From positions 558,001 through 622,000 of the forward strand of contig CM082597.2 in assembly GCA_040954595.2 (NCBI GenBank): a stretch of 64,000 nucleotides of DNA, read 5' to 3'. The position numbers and the translations under genes are program-made. Source of the stretch: Balanoglossus misakiensis (Eukaryota > Animalia > Hemichordata). Below the pieces are notes generated by a model. That model did no database searches and was not told the origin of the DNA. It worked only from the letters and a program-made list of their open reading frames with translations. Positions 1-11,797 of the stretch are shown in pieces. Each line of letters opens with the position of its first letter. Within the stretch, counting starts at the first letter, position 1.

Positions 1-2437
1 CCCGTCGTTTTCATGTAATATCCGAAGTGAGATACTATATCTGCCGATGAGGGCGCCCAGCCATACACAACCTGGAAGAGAAGAAATAATGCACAGAAAC
101 GTGGTGTAGAATATTTTGCAAACGAGTAAGATGACTTGCCCTGTAGTTGTTAATAAACCTCACCTCTCTGTAGTTTTCCAGTTTCAATCCTTTTGTATAA
201 ATTGAAACACTGGTCGATGATGGCGATACAGCTCTAACGTCATCATTCCTGCCAAACACAAACATCAAATTGTATAAGTAAAGTGTTTTCAATAATTATG
301 AATCGGAATGACAAAACTACTGATATTTGGATTAATTGAGTAGACCTTGATAAATTCACTCCCGAATTTACTTCGTCGGTTGTCAACTTTGTTGGTTGAA
401 AGGACAATTTATTTATACTTCATGTACCTTGTAATTGACTGGTAGAACAGAGCCGCGTTATCATTGTTGCCATGTCTTGCCATCATGTTATAAACACGTA
501 ACCAGCCACCACCGTTAAAGTCCATCTCACAGTACACCTTAACAAAACATCATAAGTCAATTTATTAATTAGTATTGGTCAGTTACTATTTGCATGTTGT
601 AGCTATGAGCATGTGTTGTTTACGGCTTATGAGTCGGGTGACTGACTGGGTGAATTTCAAAGGCCATGTGAATCTGCATATTGCAAGTGACACACCTGTC
701 GTTCATTAGCGAGTGCAACAATCAGTATCGAGATCGCGATTGTGATACGAGTGGACGCCATGGATGATATACATGTCTACTGCAAAACTAGACGTTAGGA
801 TTCTACAAAATATCTTGGTCACCAGAGTCACGCTTTCCACTCCTGTGCAGTGTCGCCTTTCTACTTGTGCTTCAAATCGCCATCTCAAGTAAGTGTTTGT
901 CCAGTTTAAGCTGCTCATTGATAGACCTGTCCACTCAAACAACCATCAGTCAAAACGTGGAAACGCTGAGGGTCAACTTCAATTCAATTTCATCTTGCAT
1001 ATATTTGGTGCTTGGCACCAACCTCTCTCTTGTTATTCATTTAGCTGTTGCAGTTGTGTTAATTGTGAACATAATGACTAATTCTGCAACTTAGAATTAT
1101 ATACCTGTGTTGGTTTTTTGAGACTTGGATCCGGATAGATCCAGTATTCTCCACTGACACGTATACCCAGACTGTACAGGTCCTTGCAAGAATTGCCTGG
1201 TCGTTGTGCAGTTCCCGGTTTCACACTATACATCACTAACCAGTTCTAAATGGGTCCAAAGGAGAAGCAAAACTAGCCATGGAGAACAGTTTATCAAAAT
1301 CCCTTCTGATAAGTTAAACAGTGAGCCATTTATCCAACACGTATATTACAAAAGTATAGTTTAGAAATATCGGTCATGAATCGATAAATTAAAAGTTTTG
1401 CTAGTACCTCTCCATCACAGAGTTCAACTTCCCTAGTCTGGCGAGAATATCGCATAGTTCCTGATAATTCGGGACAGCAGACCACATCGGTCAGTTCTGG
1501 TAATTGTCCATTCCATGGGCATGAATGCTGTAAACAGTTTCAAAAAAATTAACATTCCATAAGATGACAGTCACTTGATGTTGTAGCTAAAAACAGATCG
1601 TGTATTGCATTAGTAGTAATAGACTGCACAGAAACCCCGACATCGCGGGAAGGTGAAACTCGGGTATGCATGAAAATGCCTATTTAAGAATCTTGGTGAT
1701 TTCGGAGAGATAAATTACCGTAATTGTTAATTTTTAATGAGAAATTATCATCACATCGACTGAAAAAAAGACTTTGTCAGCTAGAACCTTGAGTAGTTTT
1801 GACTTTGTAGGGTGTAAAACGTAAGAACCACGATTTTTCGATAATAACATTTTGCATCACAGGTGCATGCGAAATACAGTGGCAGTTACGGCCATGTGGC
1901 ACTTGCTGACACCTGTGGTTTGCATATACTTGTTTGTTTGATTTGAAGTATGCTGCTGCTTACTGTAAATGTTGTTGACACTGTGTACGACGACCCTTGA
2001 GATGATATCCCAGCGTTTCCACCATTTCCTGTTGACGAACAGGGCGTGTTCTGTTGAATATGAAAAGTACGTTGGATTAGAAATTGTATCTCTGGCCATG
2101 TTGTCTTGCAAGCATATGACGATTTCTCGTCATGCTTTTGAAGTTGCAGGTGTTTTGTAACGATTCTATAATAGGATACACGGATCTCTTGGTTTTAATA
2201 GGATGATTAGATTTCGAACCGAGATTCAATGTATTATCTAAACAGGCAAGGGTACTAATCTTGTCAATGTGAGCAAGGTAAACGGAATTTAAAAATGCAC
2301 ATACTTATCGCTAAAGAGCAGATAACAATTTCTGCCTTGGCCAACCGAAAACGACTGCTTAGACTTACCTCTATAGCCTCAGTGCGTTGATAAAAAACAC
2401 AAACAATATAACACAGAAAAATCGCCCGAAAAATCAT
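1..2437 (-). CDS. Secreted fibrinogen-related/intelectin-like protein; 3' end runs off the window
   Basis: Phase-consistent exons 2437-2369, 1527-1408, 1245-1105, 537-428, 248-164, 71-<1. Translation: MIFRAIFLCYIVCVFYQRTEAIE (signal peptide) | HSCPWNGQLPELTDVVCCPELSGTMRYSRQTREVELCDGE | NWLVMYSVKPGTAQRPGNSCKDLYSLGIRVSGEYWIYPDPSLKKPTQ | VYCEMDFNGGGWLRVYNMM... The SCKD...SGEYWI.P...VYCEM...GGGW signature is the N-terminal subdomain of fibrinogen-like/COLFI/intelectin domains. Confidence 0.8.
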
Positions 2438-2859
2438 TCTGCGAAGGTAGAATAACAATCGATTTGTTATCTGAAAGATTTGACCGCGATCGACGCGTAC
2501 TTAACTCTTCTGGTATGAGTAGTGACGTTTGCCCGATAAGTGACCGTTCTTGATATGCACTTTGATCGTTTGCCCTCTGGTGAGATGGGGGATGATTCTT
2601 TTGGTTTTTCTTCAACCAACACAATATCGCTCAGTAGACGATTAAAAGGGCGGAACATATAGTTATTCAGACATAAAACACAAAACGTCATATGAGAGAA
2701 TAAACAACAAAAATATCTTTTATTTTTTTATTACATGTATACAATAGCAGCTATTCTATAAACAGTAAATATGTCTGTTTTGCATGTTCTTTATATTATC
2801 ACACAAAATCAATGCTTTCACGTGTCGAATCGGAAATGAATGGATTAATTCGAAGCTTG

Positions 2860-5800
2860 TCATTTCTTTTTGTTGATTTCTATCATATCATACAGTGGTG
2901 GTTTTATACTCTGTCTCAAATTCTTCCTCCGATTTTGTCCACTGTATTGACAGGCTATCTGGTACTCTCCATCTGGTCCTCGGGCGTATCCACAACCAAG
3001 TCTACGAGCCGTGTGCCACATCATTGTAATGAAATGACCTGTGAGGGGAGAAGGAGTACATACTCAGATAAGTGTTGTAGCATTAATTGGCACATATATT
3101 AGGACAAGCTAGATGTCACAGATATCTCAGTTTGTATCCAATTTAACTCGTTTACCTGTTTCTTCCTTCCTGACTGGTTTATCGAAATCCAAAAACTTGA
3201 TTTCATCATAGAACATCTTTATGATCCCGAAACCTGATATAAAAACATAGTATTCTGTGTCAAAGTACAGCTCTCGACACCACCAGCGCCAGCACCACCA
3301 TCATCATTATCATCAACATCAGCACATCATAGGCTAAACTTATGTTGACCAAATGTCTTTGCTTACCAGTTGCCATGGAGATGTTGATCTTGCCAGCGTA
3401 TGCGAGATTCTCCGAGTACATTCCATAGCTATGTGTTAGATTCGATCCAATTGCAGCACTAGCATTAGCTGCGAGTCGTGACAGTCGTTCTAAACGCATA
3501 CTCCATCTACGTTGTGAAAATACACATACACAGATTTTATTAAGCATACTGGTATGGCAGGTAAAGGAATAGAACCAATTGAAGTTGAGTACTACAGTGT
3601 ACTATATTGTACCTACCTGAGAGGCTTCGAACCATGTAGACATCGAAAATAATTGTGAGAATCTAACAATTGTTCAGCTAGGTCACGCCATCCTTCATTA
3701 CCAACACGAGTCTCTATCCGACACTTACCACTCAAGGTCCCATAATACATCTCAAAATCTAGAAGTACATAGAAACTTTGTATCACAGTACTTTTTATAT
3801 CATTTACACTATTTACATTCATGTAAGTTTATTGATAAAATTGAGTAGGCTAAAGAAACTTAAATGTATATCGTCAACCATGTCATTTAGACAATAAATC
3901 TTACCACAGTCGTTTTCATCGCTGGAATCTTTACATTCAGCGATCCCTGTACACAAAACGTCACCAGCCACACAATATTCACCATCTAAACAAAGATAGG
4001 GAGACGACTTTGGACAGTACTTCCCAGCTAGGTAAGCTTTGGTACGTTTTGGGGCGTCACCTGAAGCGAAGAGAAAGAGCAATCATGTGCATTATAATTC
4101 CAAGAATTCATTTCTCGGATATATGTTTCCCAAGTCTCCAATTATTTCGCTAATTATCTTCTATGTTGACAACAAGTTAACAAGCTAAGATTCTCACCAC
4201 AGTCTTCTTCGTCACTTCCGTCTGCACAGTCCTGCACAGAATTGCACACTTGAATCGGATATATGCAGACGCTGCCGTCTGCGCACGCGTAAGGATGCGG
4301 GTCTCTGCACAGATTGTAATCAAGAAATGCTTTCTTCCTCTCTGATACCAAACCTGTAATGTTAATATACCGAGAAACATCAGTAAAACTCCCTTTAATT
4401 ATCAAACAATTTAACTATATCGTTTATAGAATGGGGACATATCAACTTTGCGTTTTGAATATTGTCAACTTGTGCGCTTTATAGTTTACTTACCTCGTAG
4501 TTCTGGTCGTGAATCTGCATAAAAGAAGAGGGAAATACGGTGGCTGACTTTGTATGCATGTTTATGAATCTTTTTTACATTGATTGGTTTTGTGTGCAAC
4601 CGTTATGGGACTTTCCTTCAAGCATAATATTGTGCGTTAATTTTATTTACATAAAATCATGTGTATGGTATGACTATATTGACTTTTTCAAGTGACTTAA
4701 GAGGCCTTATTGTCCTTACCACATTCCAATTCATCAGATCCGTCAGTACAGTGATTGATACCATCACATAATTGCTTAGTGAACAAACAGAATGATCTGT
4801 CCAAGCATAAGTAGGGATGAACATCGCCACACACAGATTCCGATAGATAGGCACTGGTTGGAACATTTACTGTGTTGTAATGGAGAAAAATGTGTAAATA
4901 GTTCGAGAATATGTCTGCCATGTTTAACAACGAAGACAGTAGTGAACTTGACTCCATGAAACATTCCAGATAGAAGAGCAATACATGTACTTACAACAAC
5001 CATCTTCATCACTACCATCGCTACAGTGTTTGATGGAATCACACATTTGATGTTCATAGATACAGTATGAGCGATCTTTACACAGATAAGGGTGGGTGTC
5101 CCCACAAATCCTTTTATGCAAACGTGCTTTGGCTTCTGTAAATAAAAACAATCATTGTGTATGAAATAATAGGAAAAGTATTGTAACTGAGGGGACTAAT
5201 AGGACATACTAGCAAGCTTACGATTGAAAAATAGAAGATATTTCGCTCATTTCTAGATCTCACGAGACTTGTTAAAAGAAACGTGACTGAAATAGAGATC
5301 CCAGTGCAAGGTGATCACAGCATCGTAGATTACCAACAAAAATTGCACATTGACTTAAATACAGGGAAGTAATAACATAATAGTTCTTACTGAATTTGTT
5401 ATTCTCCGCCAAATTTAGACTTCTTCTTTCCAGTAATAATGGACGCCGGGATTCCTGTAACTTATGAACATGCGTGTACGTTGAACAGGCTGAGAATTGT
5501 AATTGCATAGCAGTGTGTACTTTAAGGGACAATATGAAAATGTGAGAACAAGTCAAGTAGCCAACTGGGAATCATTTTTGTGTTCCTCTTCGACCTAGAA
5601 GTCAACAGGGTCGAACAGCTGGTCCATTCTGAATCAGTTTGTCAAGTAGTGGGATATTCTTACACATATCATTTTTCCAACAACTTTGATAAGCCGTTTA
5701 CAATTATTGCATTTTGGTTGGACTAGGGGCGACTAATTCATCCATAATAATAAAATCAGGATTACGGTAACATCTCTGATACCATGCATGGCTAGTTACC

Positions 5801-6229
5801 GATAGCGCTAAACAATTTAGACTTTGACCCACGTTTCTAATTCTTGTGGAACGGCGCCTAACATTTGCAAATTTACGGCCGTCTGAAGGACAGATAAAAA
5901 GTTTGAACATGCGGTATTTATTTGATGTTAAAAAGTTTCTCCCTCAAAAGATTGAGGAAGTTTTCAGTTCTAGTATGAGGGGTGCCACAGGGGAATTGGG
6001 GACGGTCCACTTTGTAAAATGTAACCATCCCGCATTTTCCCCGGCCCACCCCCATAAGAATTGAAAAGTTCCTTGCCTAAATGTGAAGTATTTGGCTATA
6101 GGGTTCCCTGAGCAACCGAGACTGACTCACCGTTTTTTCGCCTTGTGGTATAAGCTTGACTGGTTGCAGGTCCTGGCAAAGTGACACAAGTACTTGAGCA
6201 AGTACTGTCAGAACGATTACTGTGTGCAT
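2860..6229 (-). CDS. Secreted protein with four LDL-receptor class A repeats and a C-terminal CAP/SCP (GAPR-1/PR-1-like) domain, ~441 aa
   Basis: Eleven exons: 6229-6131, 5454-5391, 5135-4995, 4869-4720, 4514-4494, 4353-4198, 4060-3905, 3758-3617, 3506-3367, 3233-3156, 3038-2860 (1326 nt, in frame). Signal peptide MHTVIVLTVLAQVLVSLCQD. Four six-Cys repeats ending C.D.SDE..C. CAP motifs LLDSHNYFRCLHG..PLRWS, LTHS, SENLA, FYDEIK, GHFITMMW..ARRLGCG, IACQY. AATAAA on the - strand near 2730. Confidence 0.88.
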
Positions 6230-7714
6230 TTTCAGATCGTTGGTTTTCCCTTGCAGCTTGTTTGGTGTGAATTTCTTTAAGATTGCCGCAAACTAACTTT
6301 GCCAGGCCCGCTTACACGCCGAAGTCTACACTGCCCGACCCCGGTCTAAGTGGACGATTCCATTCTGATAATGGGCGGTCAGCGTACAAGCTGATTTCCA
6401 TGGCACGAATGGTCATTATTGAACAAGAATGCATTGATAGAAGACACCACTGACCTTATTTCTCCCCGCCAATGTACATGTGCATATGTCCTTTTGAAAA
6501 GCCGGCTGAGATTTCACCATTGTGTTATTAGAACCAGCTGATGGAAATTCCTGACTGTTTTGCCATCTGTTTGCCTCGTCTCTTTACTGGCACTTTAAAC
6601 TACATTTCTCGCGATATCTTTGTTATAAAGACGATTACCCACCGGCAATAAGTACATTTATGAAACAAAACAATCACTTATTCATATTTTGATTTCTTGA
6701 GGAAAGCTTTTCTAAGAGAGTGGACCGACTTCCAAGGAAACGGGGGAACCATTCACATCAATAATTTATTGTTTTGTCTCTGAGAAAATCGTACCGCTTT
6801 ATGAATTAGTGAATCACGACTAGTTCATCCAATTCCTCACGCAGCGATCTATACTCTGTCGGGCAGAGTGGGTTGATTGTAAAACTAAACGTAAAGTATA
6901 CTGAAAGCAAATTAATTCCTTAACAATTCCGCAAGGATCGCGACATATCAGAGTTGTGCCTTCTTTGGCGGCCAATATTAATATGATGATCATTAAGTTT
7001 TCTCGCCTCAAATTTACAAGATGAAATCCTTCGTGTTCGAGGTTTAATACTGTGTGGTATGCGGTGATAATGGCCTTCTGCAAAAACAGAATTTTGTGGC
7101 CAGAAATTAATAAAATGAAATCTTACTGAACGAAGAGATTGCAAGATTGTTTTGTTCTTGATGGGAAAATGACAAATCCATTATAATCCATTGGATGTGT
7201 TTAATTGCCCCAAGCGTTTATAGTTTTCTTTTCGTTCTGCAATTTCATCCATCGGTTCTTTTGTTGTTGTATGTAAATGTATTAGTTTGGAAGAAAACTT
7301 TCAGTGCACGCATGAATAAATAATGAGACAATTTGGTGAAGAATCTTTATATACGATTGTCAAAATTTAGCGATCTCTAAATCTGTGATCGACTTCGATG
7401 AGGAAAACACACACCGAAAGTGGTAAGTTACACGTTTATATTCTTTGCTTTTCTTAACTGCCCATGAACGATAAAGAAATGTCTTGAGCAAATTAAACCA
7501 AAAATAAACATTCAAACATTGAAAACACAATCAAGTATATATATTCATTTTATACTTTATATCTCTGAAATTACAGGCGGTCATCCCTGTGGTTGTTTTG
7601 TGTACTTAAAAGTGTCGATTTGGTGATCCATGGCTCCAAGTCTCAGCAGCTGTGAAGAGTTGTGAACAAGACTGAGTTCCGGTCACAAACACCGAGACAG
7701 ACTTTATTTCCATC

Positions 7715-8734
7715 ATGAACAACACAACCTCTGTCAGCGCTGTACTTGAAACGGTTGAACAACAAAGTTTAACGGCTGAAGTCATCTTTCTTGTCGTGCT
7801 GCAATCTGCCATCACGCTGTTCGTTCTCTCGAACAACATCCTGGTCCTCTCTGCTGTACTCATGTACCCAGATCTACGTCGTGTGCAAAATAACTTTACA
7901 ATTATCAACATGGCTGTGACTGACTTTCTCTTAGGCGCTGTCGTGTTACCTTTGAGTGTTTTGTTCCGAATCTATGGTCGATGGGTGTACGGAGAATTTG
8001 TATGTCGTTTTTATCAGGGTTTCATGTCATTCGTGTGTCATGAATCTGTTTTTAGCGCACTTATCTTGTCTTTTGATAAGTATATATTTATTAAGTTTCC
8101 ATTGCGTTATTATAACTGGATAACGCCAAAACGATTGTTAATTGCTATAACTGTGAGTTGGTTTGTAGCGTTTGGAGACACTTACTTGCCGACCTTGTCT
8201 GGATGGAACGCTGATCCAACTCCGGAAGAATTCAATTTATTTCCTCTGTGTTTCCAATATGCCGAAGAGTTTGTAACGTTCACATTCATTCCTGCCCTCG
8301 GCCCTCTTCTGGTTATCCTCTATCTCAACTTCTACATCTTGAAAACTCTCAGAGCACAGAATCGAAGCATTCATCCTCAACCCATTAGACCTAGCGGACC
8401 GGGTCAACGTGTTCTCCAAACAACCGATTCTGCCGTGCCAATGGCTGAACCCAACCACGGCCCACCTAAAATACCACAAGGCGAAATCAAAGTGATTAAA
8501 TCCATGATGTTAATTGGAGTTATGTTTCTCATTCTGTGGTTGCCTGTTCACGTTGCGGCTGTGGTCAGCTCTATCTGTTATTGCGTTGATCCGATTTACA
8601 TAGAGTTAACGCATTGGTTAGGATTTAGTAACTCTGCAATCAACCCTTTGCTTTATGCGTACAAAAAGGATTTCAGGGTCGCTTATGGTAAAATTCTAAA
8701 ATTAAAATTCCTTTCTGAAGACACTGGGTCCTAG
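7715..8734 (+). CDS. Class A (rhodopsin-family) GPCR, aminergic/adenosine-like orphan, 339 aa, single coding exon
   Basis: Seven hydrophobic segments. TM1 SNN, TM2 MAVTD..LP, ECL1 WVYGEFVC, TM3 DKY, TM4 W, TM6 WLP, TM7 NSAINPLLY, helix 8 DFR. N-terminal NNT/NTT sequons. Possible 5'UTR intron with donor near 7423 and acceptor near 7577. Confidence 0.92.
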   Translation: MNNTTSVSAVLETVEQQSLTAEVIFLVVLQSAITLFVLSNNILVLSAVLMYPDLRRVQNNFTIINMAVTDFLLGAVVLPLSVLFRIYGRWVYGEFVCRFYQGFMSFVCHESVFSALILSFDKYIFIKFPLRYYNWITPKRLLIAITVSWFVAFGDTYLPTLSGWNADPTPEEFNLFPLCFQYAEEFVTFTFIPALGPLLVILYLNFYILKTLRAQNRSIHPQPIRPSGPGQRVLQTTDSAVPMAEPNHGPPKIPQGEIKVIKSMMLIGVMFLILWLPVHVAAVVSSICYCVDPIYIELTHWLGFSNSAINPLLYAYKKDFRVAYGKILKLKFLSEDTGS

Positions 8735-9550
8735 GTTTTGAAGTCATGCGTTTTGCCAGGGAAAACTATAAAAGCCTTTGCTGTTATTGGCTGTTTAGGC
8801 CTAAGTTTTATTTCATATTGTCAAGTTATCATTGTAACTTGGAATTTTGTTTCATTCATGGAATATTGTACCAATATTTTAACTTCTTGTACTTTTTGTG
8901 TCATATAGCATTTGACACATGTGATCGTTTTTACCATTTCAGCAGTCATGTATAACAGTTTTGAAGATGTAATGTTTGAATAAAAGTTTCAATGTTATGG
9001 AACAAATGTGTCCCAAAATTGAGTAAGCATCTTTTCATTTTTCTTTAGGCAGCTGATCATGCTGAAATAAAAACAAACGGCGCGTCCACAGTTCAACTGT
9101 GGCTGCGCCGCCTCCTGAGTTGCGGTTGAAATGGACACAAATCTCGCCATGCCAACAGATGGAGAGCTATATACTCTCAGAACACTTTTACTGAATGCCC
9201 GATTGATTCCTCAAATTCAAGAGTGTAAACCCCAGGCCCCAAATCACAGAGCTTCTTTTAAAACTCTAATTTCAACGCGGCGTAAACAGGTCAACAAAAC
9301 AGCGGCCTGTGTAAATTGACAAGGGCAAAACACAATTCAATAGTAAAATAGAGATCAAAGGTCAAAGACATGCGCAGATAAGCTAATGTAATCAGCTGTT
9401 TTCGCAGGCCCGTCTGGCAAGCTGAACACGCTGGGTCTGTTGGGATGTTGTGGGTGGTTTTCGTTGCTGTACAAGACGTCTTTTGATTTCATCAAGTCCG
9501 CGTGAAGCAGACGAGTTTGGTTTCCTTGTTTGGGTACACCAGCTGTCAAT

Positions 9551-11797
9551 ATGTTCTTGCCGATCGTTGTGAACGTGTGTCTATCGGCTGTGGGGTTTGT
9601 CGTCCTAATCGCCATCTTACCCAATTTCTACCAGCTTTTCATAGACGCCAACATGTTTGGGAGAGATTTGAATAAAACATCGAAGGAAAAAGTGTAAGTA
9701 CTTAATCAAGTTTCCGGGGAGGAGCGTGTTGTCAGTGTGTGAGGGTAACCATAGCTACCGCTAACTGCATTATTGTACGTGCGTACATGTTTGTAGACGT
9801 GTCGCTTTCGCTACTTTACTTCCGGGGTTGAAATGAAGCCCGCATACACGACCATAGTACTTACCACACAGGCATCGGAATCACCCCTTTTCCATCTCAA
9901 TATACTATAATCTACTTCGTTTTCCCCACAGACCAGAAGCTCTCGGAGTAATCTGTGGTGCGGTCTTTCTCATCATCATGTTTTTATTCATTCCGTTTCC
10001 ATTTATGGAAGTTTTTCTGGAAGAAAAGTGGCATGAATTTCCCCACAATGAGGTGAGAGAACCTATGAACATTTGCGCAGTTTGTTTCAAGTATCATGTC
10101 TGATTCTAATATCATGTGAGATTCTTGTTCATTCCAGAAGATCAAAAAAATCTAACAAGTTTTTCTTTTCTCTTTCAGTTTGTAAAGTTCATCTGTGCAC
10201 TGCTGTCTATCTGTTGCATGATATTTCTGGGGTTTGCAGACGATGCCCTCAACCTGAAATGGAGGCATAAACTACTGCTTCCCACAATGGCATCCCTGCC
10301 ATTACTCATGGTCTATCTGGTGAATTTTGGAAATACAGTCATCATTGTGCCCAAACCATTCCGATTCATGCTTGGCTTGGAACTTGACCTGAGTAAGTTA
10401 GTTGTCCTCATTCAAGACAGTTTTACGTTATTGTACCAACATTTGTATACTTTATAACACTGACCATTACTTTGATTGTTTTTCACAGGTATTTTCTACT
10501 ATCTGTACATGGGTATGTTAGCTGTGTTCTGCACCAATGCTATAAACATCTTGGCTGGTATCAACGGTCTTGAAGCTGGCCAATCATTGGTCATTGGTGT
10601 CTCCATAGTAACGTTCAATGTTATAGAACTTTCAAGAGGTCAGTGTGTTCATCATATACTGTAAAAGCATTAGTTTTGACCAGGATTTATTTTCACATTT
10701 TGATGTTTAGGGCACATTCAGTGGGTTTTAAATTCACAGATTTGTCCATGAGTTACTGGATAAGTACATAGCTTGCTATTCTCATGATGTGGATTTTCTG
10801 TCGTCTTTTTCCAGGTTATTCACAGGATGATCACTTACTTTCCTTGTATATCATGTTACCATTTGTCAGCGTGTGTGGAGCATTACTTTACTACAATTGG
10901 TAAGTTTAATTATTTGTTTTACACACAATATTTTTGATTTCAAGACCAGCTTTGTAAAATTTCTGTATGGATGCTATGAAAGAGAGTGTCACATCTCTCC
11001 AAAATGTGACGCTGAAATTATCAACTTTCTTCATTTCTAACTGAACTCTTTCTGTTTTCAGGTATCCTTCCAGAGTGTTTGTGGGAGACACGTTTTGCTA
11101 CTTCGCAGGAATGACGTTTGCAGTCGTCGGAATTCTTGGGCATTTCAGTAAAACTATGTTGCTGTTTTTCATCCCTCAAGTCATCAACTTTCTGTATTCG
11201 ATACCCCAGTTGTTCCATTTTGTGCCGTGTCCAAGACACAGGTTGCCAAAGTAAGTCTCAGGCTTTGTTCTCTTGTGACAAATAATTTACATAGATACCA
11301 CCTCCCTGTCAAATATTGTCATTACATGTAACATATACCCTTGCTCTCCACAGATACAACAAAGACACCAACAAACTTGGAATGAGTTATTCCAGATTCA
11401 AACCCTCGGAATTGAAACCACTGGGATGGTTAGTGCTCAAAATATTCCACCTCTTTGGTCTGGTTGAAATCAATGAAAATGTTGGTGAAGATGGAGCATA
11501 TATGGAGTGCAACAACCTGACTATTATCAATTTTCTCATAAAAGTGATTGGTCCCACGCATGAAGAAACTCTCACAGTGTATCTCTTAATAATACAGGTA
11601 AGAAAACTATTTGTACAGTACAACATCGGTTATCCAAACTACCATTGCTTCCCCTACAAAAATGCAATTATTTGTGGATGATATCATGTGGTGATAACAT
11701 GTTTTATTTTTATTTTGTTTTTCAGGTTTTAGGAAGTTGCATGGCGTTTTTCATCAGATATCAATTAGCCAGTATGTTCTATGACGTCGTTCACTAA
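9551..11797 (+). CDS. DPAGT1: UDP-GlcNAc:dolichyl-phosphate GlcNAc-1-phosphotransferase
   Basis: Exons 9551-9693, 9932-10052, 10179-10392, 10489-10638, 10815-10899, 11062-11250, 11354-11597, 11726-11797. Motifs [88 protein letters not shown]. Confidence 0.97.

Noticed and set aside
1790-2170. Possible extra exons of the fibrinogen-like gene, including an in-frame TGA (selenocysteine) reading
   Set aside because: Exon 1 (phase 0) joins directly to 1527 in frame. Phase-compatible readings here hit stops, show no recognisable motif, and I see no SECIS evidence.
7715-8734. Naming the GPCR as a histamine, dopamine or octopamine receptor
   Set aside because: It lacks Asp3.32, and overall resemblance is insufficient for orthology.
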